The position numbers were made by a program, and so were the translations under genes. A stretch of DNA of 64,000 nucleotides from an uncultured Nitrososphaerota archaeon. Lineage in GTDB: Archaea; Thermoproteota; Nitrososphaeria; Nitrososphaerales; Gagatemarchaeaceae. Within the stretch, counting starts at the first letter, position 1, and the number at the start of each line of letters is the position of its first letter. The DNA is taken from the NCBI GenBank assembly GCA_963838925.1, contig CAWISW010000002.1, positions 160,001 to 224,000 on the forward strand, given 5' to 3'. Positions 56,636 through 64,000 of the stretch are shown here, piece by piece. The notes below the pieces were generated by a model. The model ran no database searches and was not told the origin of the DNA. It was given only the letters and a program-made list of their open reading frames with translations.

Positions 56636-57435
56636 CATCTACGCGAATCGCCCCCCAGCAGCTCGTCAGGACTTTCAACCGAAACGTCGCCACCGTCGAC
56701 GCCCGCCTTGAGGAGTTCCTAAAGTCAGGCGACTCCCCCACCACTGCTGCGCTGAGGAAGTCGACCAGGAGGCTGAGAACCACATATTCCGTGCTCCCGA
56801 AGGAGGTCAGGCGGGACTCGCGGGTGAAGCGCTATGTCTCCGCCGTCAGGAAGCTATCGAAGGCCGTGGGAAAAGTGCGGGACATAGACACGATAGCCGC
56901 GTGGTCGATGCAGCTTCCCGATGGCAAGGACCACCGGTCCTTCATCTCTGACCTTGAGAGGCTGAGGTCGGCAAACCTCCGAATCGCGACCCTAAAGGCC
57001 AAGAAGCTACGGAAGACCAAAGTTCCGTCTCTGGAACTCAGTGATGTCGAGGACTACGACGAGGGCAAGCGCGCCGCCAAGGTCGAGAAGCGCCTTTCGA
57101 GGAGGGTCGACAAGGAGTTCGAGGAGTTCCTCACCACACAGGAGGTCGACGTGATGCACTCGCTGCGCAAGGACTCGAAGAGCCTGCGGCATCTTTTGGA
57201 GCTCACCGAGCGAGGGGAGGCGCCTCCCCTGCTTGCTAGACTGAGGTCGATCCAGGACGACCTCGGGGCCATACGCGACCACGACCTCGTGATCGACTAC
57301 CTTCGCAGCCGCGTGAGGCTGACGAGCACAAGGTCTCTCATCAGGGAGGAGATAGCCAAGAGGCACGCGAGGCTGGAGGACTTTGTGACGAAGAACAGGG
57401 GCCAGGGTCACCTGGTCCCGGTCGCCGCGAAGTAG
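56632..57435 (+). CDS. CHAD domain protein (polyphosphate-binding)
   Basis: LRKSTRRLR, GKVRDID, HSLRKDSK.LR, QDDLGAIRD. Confidence 0.9.
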   Translation: MTSTRIAPQQLVRTFNRNVATVDARLEEFLKSGDSPTTAALRKSTRRLRTTYSVLPKEVRRDSRVKRYVSAVRKLSKAVGKVRDIDTIAAWSMQLPDGKDHRSFISDLERLRSANLRIATLKAKKLRKTKVPSLELSDVEDYDEGKRAAKVEKRLSRRVDKEFEEFLTTQEVDVMHSLRKDSKSLRHLLELTERGEAPPLLARLRSIQDDLGAIRDHDLVIDYLRSRVRLTSTRSLIREEIAKRHARLEDFVTKNRGQGHLVPVAAK

Positions 57436-57478
57436 GCTCTTTGATCCCCAATTCTCAGAGGGTCGATTAAGTACTTCC

Positions 57479-58450
57479 ATGGCCTTCCTTGGGGTGGCGT
57501 CACCTTCTCGTCCTCGTTGGCCGCCAACTTCACGAGCCTTGCAAGAAATGTATTGGGATAGGAAACTTTCGCTCCAAAAAATCGGTAACCTGTTCGGGAA
57601 AAGCGGAAGTTCGGTGTACCGAGAAATGAAAAAGCAAGGAATCAGCGTTCGGAGTCTGTCCGAGGCAATGACCAAATTTGAGAAACACCCCTTTTCGAAC
57701 GACGCGCACGAGGAGGCGTATCTTGCAGGCTTGAGTATCGGGGATTTCCATACCGCCTGGCACGGTCTCTCGGTAAGGGCTACGGTTTCCACCACGCACC
57801 CTGCGATGATGGAATTAGTTACAAGCCTGCTCGGCAAGTATAGTCGCGTCGTTGCCGCTCCGAAATATCTCGAAAGATGGAATCAGTTCGAGTGGGAAGT
57901 CTACAGCTACCTGCACAAGTCATTTGACTTTCTGCTTCGACCTTTGGAGATTTCTAACGAGACCTTTCTGAGCTTCTTCGCAGGGTTCTTCGACGCCGAG
58001 GGGACCATCTACATCTTCAAGCAACACAAATCGAGCACAACTGGCTTAAGAATCGAGGTCTCATCATGCAACAAGGAGCTACTTCTGTTAATTTCCGAAA
58101 AGCTTCGGAGCCTCGGTTACCATGTCCACTTGCCAGATAGACCAGTTCGTCGCAGAGGAGAGAACATCGGGTATGGCCCCTACGCCGACGACTTTTGGAG
58201 GTTGTCGGTCTCTAGATCCGATGAAGCCCTGAGAATCCTCAAATCTATCCCTCTGAGACACCGAGAAAAAGTAGCGAAAAAAGAGTTGGCCATTACAAGC
58301 CGAAACATGCCGTGGGTTGAGGTCGCGCCCCAAGTGCTCACGATTCGATTGTCCATCAAGTCTGAAGTTCGCGACTGTGTCAAAGCGGCGGAAAGAACTT
58401 ATCTAAATAAGCACGAAAAATTGCCCGAGGCAATCAGCCCGGTGGTGTAG
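57479..58450 (+). CDS. Free-standing double-motif LAGLIDADG homing endonuclease-like protein with N-terminal HTH
   Basis: AYLAGLSIGDF and FFAGFFDAEG motifs; LQEMYW..LSLQKIG HTH; visibly lower GC; stop lies inside tRNA-Gln. Confidence 0.85.
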   Translation: MAFLGVASPSRPRWPPTSRALQEMYWDRKLSLQKIGNLFGKSGSSVYREMKKQGISVRSLSEAMTKFEKHPFSNDAHEEAYLAGLSIGDFHTAWHGLSVRATVSTTHPAMMELVTSLLGKYSRVVAAPKYLERWNQFEWEVYSYLHKSFDFLLRPLEISNETFLSFFAGFFDAEGTIYIFKQHKSSTTGLRIEVSSCNKELLLLISEKLRSLGYHVHLPDRPVRRRGENIGYGPYADDFWRLSVSRSDEALRILKSIPLRHREKVAKKELAITSRNMPWVEVAPQVLTIRLSIKSEVRDCVKAAERTYLNKHEKLPEAISPVV

Positions 58451-58509
58451 TCGGTCAAGCATACTGGCCTTTGGAGCCGGTGACCCAGGTTCGAATCCTG
58501 GCCGGGCTA
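58436..58509 (+). tRNA. tRNA-Gln(TTG), intronless
   Basis: AGCCCGG acceptor, CTGGC-CTTTGGA-GCCGG anticodon arm, GGTTCGAATCC T-loop. Confidence 0.95.
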
Positions 58510-58589
58510 TCTTTGTTCAGGCGGTAGCTCGCCAGGTATCTCCTTTAACTGGCACTGAGGAAGGTATTCGAGGAGTCTGGTTTCAACTT

Positions 58590-59168
58590 TTGGAAAGTTC
58601 AAACGAGGTGATTCGGGCAATCAAGACCCGCAGAAATGCCGCAAAACTGAGCGCCGAGCAGCCCGTGAGCAGAGAAATGATTGAAACGGTGCTGGAAGCG
58701 GCAACATGGGCGCCAAATCATCACATGACCGAACCCTGGCGTTTTGTCGTCATCTCTGGTGACGAGCGAAAGAGACTGGGGGAAGCGGTGGCAGATGCCC
58801 TATCGTCAATGCCTGCCAACCCTCCGTCATCGACGGAGACGGTAGAACGCGAGAGGATCAGGCCCTTGACCGCGCCCGTGATCATCGCGGCGATATCCAG
58901 CCCACACCCAGAAAAGGGCGCCATCGTTCAGGAAGAGCTCGTCGCAGGCGGCGCAGCCCTTCAGAACATGCTCCTCGCGGCGCACTCCATCGGGTTGGCT
59001 ACCAAACTCAAGACCGGCGCCTTTTCCTATTCGCGGGTCATCCGAAGCTTCCTGAAGATGAAGGATTCAGAGTCGCTCATCACGTTCGTGTATCTGGGAT
59101 TTCCTGAGGGAGAAGCTAGGCCAGGCAGGAGGACGAGCCTCGAAGGCAAGGTCGACTGGCGATCCTAG
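58590..59168 (+). CDS. Nitroreductase family protein
   Basis: IKTRR, WAPNHHMTEPWRF, QNMLLAAHSIG. Confidence 0.92.
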   Translation: MESSNEVIRAIKTRRNAAKLSAEQPVSREMIETVLEAATWAPNHHMTEPWRFVVISGDERKRLGEAVADALSSMPANPPSSTETVERERIRPLTAPVIIAAISSPHPEKGAIVQEELVAGGAALQNMLLAAHSIGLATKLKTGAFSYSRVIRSFLKMKDSESLITFVYLGFPEGEARPGRRTSLEGKVDWRS

Positions 59169-59362
59169 CGAGTCCTGGACGGGCCAGCGCTTCCCTGTTT
59201 CTTCACAAGGATCAGCCATCCAGCGTGCCTACCGTGCGGTCGTCCGTCTTGCAAGCAAGCCAGAAACAGCGGCCAGGAACCCGGAACAGCGAGGGGTTTC
59301 AGCCGCCAGTTCGGATAGGCCTGACGACTAGAAACTAAATACTCCGGATTCGGGACGACATC

Positions 59363-59593
59363 ATGGGACTGAAACTGGTCATTCAGGACGACAACGGGAA
59401 GGTGCTCGGGATGGTTGACGCGACGTCTCGAGGCAGAGACAAGCCGTTCAGCTCCGGGTCGGCCGGATACTACGTCAACGGCAAGATATCCCTGCCTTCC
59501 GTTGTGGACGGCGAGTCCAAGACTCACCAAGTGAGTTGCAGCATCGTGGAAATCGGGACTAAAGGCAAGTACCAGGCAAGGAAAGAAGAGTAG
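59363..59593 (+). CDS. Small beta-rich hypothetical protein
   Basis: 76 aa with FSSGSAGYYVNGK...QV...IGTK; AT-rich promoter-like stretch upstream. Confidence 0.6.
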   Translation: MGLKLVIQDDNGKVLGMVDATSRGRDKPFSSGSAGYYVNGKISLPSVVDGESKTHQVSCSIVEIGTKGKYQARKEE

Positions 59594-59606
59594 CTGCCGG
59601 AGGCCG

Positions 59607-60119
59607 CTATTCTTTCCAAGCGTCCGGATAGCGTTCGGGGCGCTGCGCGAAGGCCAGCATGTTGGCAGCGTCGACCCTGATGAACAGGTCGATCCCTCCG
59701 AGGGCGTCCCTGCCGCCCTTGGACGCCTTCTCCCATTCTGGACGCACTTCCTCGAAGCCTGAGCTCCCCTTGCGCAAGGGTACGGCCTTCCCGTGTCCGA
59801 TTATCAAGAGATGGTCCTCGAAGTAGGTCATCCCGACCGCGGGCTTTGTGGCCAGGCGCTTGACCATGAGCGACGCTGTGTTCGCGGCGAGGTAGAACCT
59901 CCCATGAAGGAAAGCTGCGCTCCTTGGGCCCGCCCTCGGCTCACCCTTGGAGTTCACGGTCGCCACCGCCACCAGCCTTACGCCCTGGAAGCCGGACAGC
60001 TGGATGGCTGAGAGCCTGTTGCTAGCGTCGAAAGTCGAGAGGAGGTTCCCTCCGGCCCTGTCGAAGCTAGCGTCGAGCAGCCGCTGAAGCTCAGCGAGCT
60101 CCGCCTCGTTCTCGAACAC
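59607..60119 (-). CDS. Pyridoxamine 5'-phosphate oxidase-like FMN-binding split barrel
   Basis: ELQRLLDAS, VATVNSKGEPR, HGRFY. Confidence 0.8.
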   Translation of the reverse strand: MFENEAELAELQRLLDASFDRAGGNLLSTFDASNRLSAIQLSGFQGVRLVAVATVNSKGEPRAGPRSAAFLHGRFYLAANTASLMVKRLATKPAVGMTYFEDHLLIIGHGKAVPLRKGSSGFEEVRPEWEKASKGGRDALGGIDLFIRVDAANMLAFAQRPERYPDAWKE

Positions 60120-60228
60120 GACTTGCGACGCGGCTATGGATTGTATTTATTCCTTCGAACCTGCGAGCTATCTTCGGGCCCGCCTCAAGGCGAATCCGTA
60201 ATATCTCCCCAAGAAGCTCCGCCTGCGC

Positions 60229-60495
60229 ATGGCGACGGGACCCTTACTCACAGCCGTCGTTCCAATCGTGATAGTGGTAGTCGCAGTAGTTTTCGTTGCC
60301 CTGGCGGGGAGGGGCAAGAGTCTGAAGTGCCCCGACTGCGGCACGGTCTTCTCCGCTCCCGCCATGGACACCAAGAGGTCCGGCACGGGCTGGACCCTCC
60401 CCTACATGGGGAACGTGAAGTGCCCGAAGTGCGGCGAAGCACGTTCTCGGAGGGACTACCAGAAGGCGCCGCCTGCTTCGCCAACTTCTACTTGA
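60229..60495 (+). CDS. Membrane-anchored Zn-ribbon protein
   Basis: N-terminal TM, CPDC...CPKC. Confidence 0.75.
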   Translation: MATGPLLTAVVPIVIVVVAVVFVALAGRGKSLKCPDCGTVFSAPAMDTKRSGTGWTLPYMGNVKCPKCGEARSRRDYQKAPPASPTST

Positions 60496-61345
60496 AGAGC
60501 TCCTCGAGCGGGTTCTGCATCTCCTTCACTTCCCTGATCTTCACGCCCCTTCCGGTGAGGTCGCTGATCAGCTGGGGAACGTCTTCCGGGCCTTTCAGCT
60601 CAAAGAGATAGTACTCTCCCTCCTTCTTCCCTGATTCCATCGACGCCTCGGGCGCGACCGTGCGCACGCCGATGGTGTACGTCTGGGTCCTGATCTCGTC
60701 TATCTTCCCAAAGAGCGCGAGCTTCCCTCCCTTGACGGCGATTACGCGGTTCCCGATCTCTCTGGCCTCGAAGAGGTTGTGCGAGGAGTAGAGCACGACC
60801 TTGTCCTTGGCGAGCTGGAGCACGAGCTCCCTGATCTCCCTCGCGACCTTGGGGTCGAGGTTGCTCGTGGGCTCGTCCAGGAGGTAGACGCTCTTCTCTC
60901 GGATGAAGATCCTCGCCACAGAGACCCTCTTCTTCTGCCCCTGGCTGAGCTGGGCGAAGCGCATGCTCGCGAGTTCCTTCAGGTCAAGGAGTTCGATGAC
61001 CCTCCTGACGTCCTCCTCGCTCGCGCCTTCGACGTCCGCATAGAACTTGAGCCCGTCGTGGACGTTCATCCCCTCGGGGATCCCGTCCAGGTGGGTGATG
61101 TAGTCGATCTGCCTCCGCGCCTCTCTGTCCTGGCTCGGGATGCCGTTGATCTCGACCCTCCCGCTGAAGGGCCGGAGAATCCCGGCAAGCGTCCTGAGAA
61201 GGGTCGTCTTGCCCGCACCGTTGGGGCCGAGGACTATGTAGACGCCAGGTTCGGAGACCGTGAACGAAATTCCGTCGAGGACCTTCTTGCCGTAATAGCC
61301 AGACGAGACATTCTCGACGAATATCGCGGATGCCGGAGTGGTCAT
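60488..61345 (-). CDS. ABC transporter ATP-binding protein
   Basis: GPNGAGKT, LSQGQ, LLDEP, SSH. Confidence 0.95.
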   Translation of the reverse strand: MTTPASAIFVENVSSGYYGKKVLDGISFTVSEPGVYIVLGPNGAGKTTLLRTLAGILRPFSGRVEINGIPSQDREARRQIDYITHLDGIPEGMNVHDGLKFYADVEGASEEDVRRVIELLDLKELASMRFAQLSQGQKKRVSVARIFIREKSVYLLDEPTSNLDPKVAREIRELVLQLAKDKVVLYSSHNLFEAREIGNRVIAVKGGKLALFGKIDEIRTQTYTIGVRTVAPEASMESGKKEGEYYLFELKGPEDVPQLISDLTGRGVKIREVKEMQNPLEELFK

Positions 61346-61366
61346 GGCCTGTTCTCTCCTGCGCTG

Positions 61367-62884
61367 TCAAGCATTTGAAAGGAACCTCTCCCTTTGCATC
61401 TTGCCGCTGGCGATTGACGCCAGGGCGACGACCGCCAGAATCATGGCGGCAGAGGCGCCGCCGACGACGTACAGGATGTGTCCAGATCCGGGGCCGACCG
61501 CCAATAATAGGACTACGAGCACTGGCGCTATCCCCAATAGCGGCGCTATCCCGACAGGGCTGTTTACCCCGGGGCGGCGCGCGGTGAGCTGGGACCATAT
61601 CATCCCCGTCATGCTCATGAGCATCGCAGCCGCGTAGCTGAGAGGTATCGTGTAGAATAGAACCAGCTCACCGAACGCGACCGAGAGCGCGCCTGCGTTC
61701 GTGAAGGCGAGGACGCCGACAGAAAGGATGAGCGAGACCGCGAGGACCAAGGTGACGAGGCCCATCGTAGCGGCGATTATCGACCAGAAGATGGTGGAGA
61801 CGTCCACCCCATAGGCGAGCATGTACTCGTAGACTCCCTTGTCCTTGTCGCTAGCGAATATCATGAGGGCCCCGCTCGCCCCAAGCACAACGAACACAGG
61901 CAGGAGAAGAGGATAGATCTGGGAGACTATCGGTCCGACGGGTGTACTTGCCGCGCTCGTTGAGCTCCCAGCCACCGAGAGCTCTGCGATGAAGAGCAGC
62001 GGGAGGACCATGCCCATGGCCACGTAGATCTTGCCGAAGTTGAAGGCCCGCCTGAAATTCGTGGAGATAAGGGCCCCGAGACGCGCGCTCCCTTCCACAG
62101 GAGGAGGGCTCGCGAAGTTGGAGCTCGCCCTCCTGTACTCGCCGCGGGTGACCGTCAAGGCAACGCCGACGGAGGCCAGGCCAAGCGCGAAGATGAACCC
62201 TTCGAAGACCCCCAGGCTGAACGAGCTATCGAACGGGACGAAGAAGTCGACGAGACCCATCGGCAGGGCGCATAACAGGAAGACTCTCTTCTTGTAGACC
62301 GCGGCGAGCACGCAGAGGTATCCCCAGGAGAAGTGGATGAGGAGCGAAGACACCCTCTCGAGGACCTGGTAGCCCACGAGGGGCAGCGCGCTTGATGTCG
62401 AGTAGAAGAGCGAGGGCGCGTCTTGGCTGAGAGTGGTGAAAAGCTGCTGGGCGGCGGCCCCTGACCCCGAGAGTGTCGAATAGTAGATCGCGTACTCGAT
62501 TGAAGCCAAACCAGCAACGAGCACCGCGTTCTCCCAAAGGGCCAAGCTGATTCCGTACCCTTCAGCGTCGTTAGCCCGGAGGAGGCCGTGAGAGACGGCG
62601 TATCTAGCGAAGAGATAGGCGAACCCCACCTCCACGAACATCGTCTGCAAACCAAAGTAGGGGCCGAGCACCCAGGGGTTCCCGCCAACCGCCGAGTCGA
62701 GCGGCCCGTAGGTGAGGGCCTGGATCAAGGCCTTCGTGCCGATAGCCCCGAAGTAAGCTACCACCGAAAAGAGGATGACCCAAGCGGTGAGCCTCCTTCG
62801 CCAATGCCAATAGGCGACAAGACCGAGGCTGAACGCGACTATGACCAGCGGGCCTATGAAGTAGACCGGGTCTATGTCTTGCAA
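61367..62884 (-). CDS. YhfC/PrsW-like intramembrane peptidase domain fused to ABC-2-type permease domain
   Basis: N-half FVEVG, GISLALWENA, ERVSSLLIHFSWG; C-half FASDKDKGVYEYMLAYG. Confidence 0.7.
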   Translation of the reverse strand: MQDIDPVYFIGPLVIVAFSLGLVAYWHWRRRLTAWVILFSVVAYFGAIGTKALIQALTYGPLDSAVGGNPWVLGPYFGLQTMFVEVGFAYLFARYAVSHGLLRANDAEGYGISLALWENAVLVAGLASIEYAIYYSTLSGSGAAAQQLFTTLSQDAPSLFYSTSSALPLVGYQVLERVSSLLIHFSWGYLCVLAAVYKKRVFLLCALPMGLVDFFVPFDSSFSLGVFEGFIFALGLASVGVALTVTRGEYRRASSNFASPPPVEGSARLGALISTNFRRAFNFGKIYVAMGMVLPLLFIAELSVAGSSTSAASTPVGPIVSQIYPLLLPVFVVLGASGALMIFASDKDKGVYEYMLAYGVDVSTIFWSIIAATMGLVTLVLAVSLILSVGVLAFTNAGALSVAFGELVLFYTIPLSYAAAMLMSMTGMIWSQLTARRPGVNSPVGIAPLLGIAPVLVVLLLAVGPGSGHILYVVGGASAAMILAVVALASIASGKMQRERFLSNA

Positions 62885-62905
62885 CTCATCGTCCCCGAAT
62901 GCGGA

Positions 62906-63586
62906 TTACGCGACAGTTGCGCTCGAGCCCGGAGCGGCGCCTGGCTGACCCTTGCCGTCGGCCTTTCGGGCGAGGTACTCGCCCGTGATCGAGCCGGTCT
63001 CGCTCTTGGACAGCTTGTTGTATAGCCTCTCGAAGAAGAAGAAAAAGTCCTCGGCAGCGTATTTCTTGCGCATCCCGAGAATGAAGGGCTTTGTGGCATC
63101 CCACGCTGTCTTCGTGGCGAACATGTCGTCCACGATCTCTGCCTTGACGTATCCCTTCTCGACGAGGAACCCGAGCGACTCGAAGAGCGACGCTATCTGG
63201 TAGAACGCGAGCTGCCTCTCCTCAGGGAGCTTCTCAAAGTCATCCAGCGTGGCGACGCCTGCCCGGATGACGGTCACGAACGACCTTTGGACCTCCATGC
63301 TGTCGGCGAACTCGTACATCCTCATCACAAGGTCCATCGTCGCGAGCTCGTTGTTCTGGACGAACTGCTTCATGGTGAGCCTCGCCTGCTCGGCGTTTGC
63401 GTCCGCCGCCCTCATCTGGGCCTGAAGCATCTCCTTGTCCTGCCTTATCTGGTAGACGACGAATACCGCTCCGAGTATGATTGCGATGGAGCTCAGTATC
63501 GAAGTGTCGGTGGCGATCGCTCCGACGTCAACCTGGAGCGGTGAGAGGAGCATCACTCGTCGTAGGCTCGGCGCCGCCGATTCCAT
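62906..63586 (-). CDS. Membrane-anchored DUF4760-like protein
   Basis: N-terminal TM ending VYQIR; FESLGFLV..GY, FFERLY. Confidence 0.7.
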   Translation of the reverse strand: MESAAPSLRRVMLLSPLQVDVGAIATDTSILSSIAIILGAVFVVYQIRQDKEMLQAQMRAADANAEQARLTMKQFVQNNELATMDLVMRMYEFADSMEVQRSFVTVIRAGVATLDDFEKLPEERQLAFYQIASLFESLGFLVEKGYVKAEIVDDMFATKTAWDATKPFILGMRKKYAAEDFFFFFERLYNKLSKSETGSITGEYLARKADGKGQPGAAPGSSATVA

Positions 63587-63667
63587 ATAAGCTCTCTTCG
63601 CCGAATCTTCGATAGAGTCTGTGCCATGGGTGTTGCCTTAAGACACGGTAGGCAGGGGGTGAATTTC

Positions 63668-64000
63668 ATGAGCCTAGGAGCAATCGCCTCCTGTCCCGCC
63701 GCTTGCGGGTGCACCGAGAAGTATTGTGGAAACTGTCATACTCCCAGTGAATGCTCGAACTGTTCTTCGTGTTGCTGCACTCCGACCCATCAATCGTGGA
63801 GGCGAATGCGGATAGGGACGGGCATCAAGGTCGAGTACTTCAGCTCGGCGTGGATGATTGTTGAGGCCTTGGGTTCAGTAGGATTAGGCTTGATGGCGGG
63901 GAGCTTCGCCCTGCTGGCATTCGGAGGCGACAGCATCGTGGAGCTCGTCTCAGGTTTTGCGGTACTGAGTCATCTTCGGAAAGATGCGACCACCACCGAA
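63668..64000 (+). CDS. Cation diffusion facilitator-type transporter with N-terminal Cys-rich domain, truncated by window edge
   Basis: Manual translation MSLGAIASCPAACGCTEKYCGNCHTPSECSNCSSCCC...WMIVEA...GSFALLAFGGDSIVE; SD-like GGGGTGA upstream; not in the ORF track. Confidence 0.75.
   Translation, partial: MSLGAIASCPAACGCTEKYCGNCHTPSECSNCSSCCCTPTHQSWRRMRIGTGIKVEYFSSAWMIVEALGSVGLGLMAGSFALLAFGGDSIVELVSGFAVLSHLRKDATTTE

Noticed and set aside
57479-58450. LAGLIDADG ORF as an intein or intron-encoded ORF
   Set aside because: No splice-junction residues; the flanking CHAD gene and tRNA-Gln are both complete
58436-64000. Integrated element at tRNA-Gln
   Set aside because: No integrase and no duplicated tRNA 3' end seen within the window; cannot be excluded beyond the edge

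Overview
GC-rich archaeal chromosome segment, most likely a deep-branching, non-ammonia-oxidising Nitrososphaerota (Thaumarchaeota). This is inferred from top6A/B, rio1-KH, aIF-2beta, SUI1, a divergent FtsZ, dnaK/J/grpE, multi-intron tRNAs and glycine cleavage genes. Core blocks: top6A-top6B-KH-rio1, grpE-dnaK-dnaJ, DUF424-aIF2beta, MTAP-apt-ahcY-metG, ftsZ-like and gcvPA/PB. The best candidate for an undescribed system is a tightly coupled five-gene operon at 6566-14346. It encodes a secreted membrane-anchored protein, an 892-aa tubulin/FtsZ-superfamily GTPase with a long coiled-coil insert, a polytopic membrane protein with a helical cytoplasmic tail, a Zn-ribbon plus degenerate tubulin-like protein, and a PH-like protein. 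Other highlights: two different tRNAs (Ile2-CAT, Asn-GTT) with a near-identical D-loop intron; a 14-bp tandem repeat forming chained MSESS minigenes at an operon junction; a SixA-Ppx-2xTMK-like-CHAD polyphosphate operon; a ribophorin-I-like protein; a free-standing LAGLIDADG gene overlapping tRNA-Gln; an intramembrane protease/ABC permease fusion; a metallothionein-like/CDF fusion; and two disrupted genes. All assignments come from motif recognition by eye; no searches were run.
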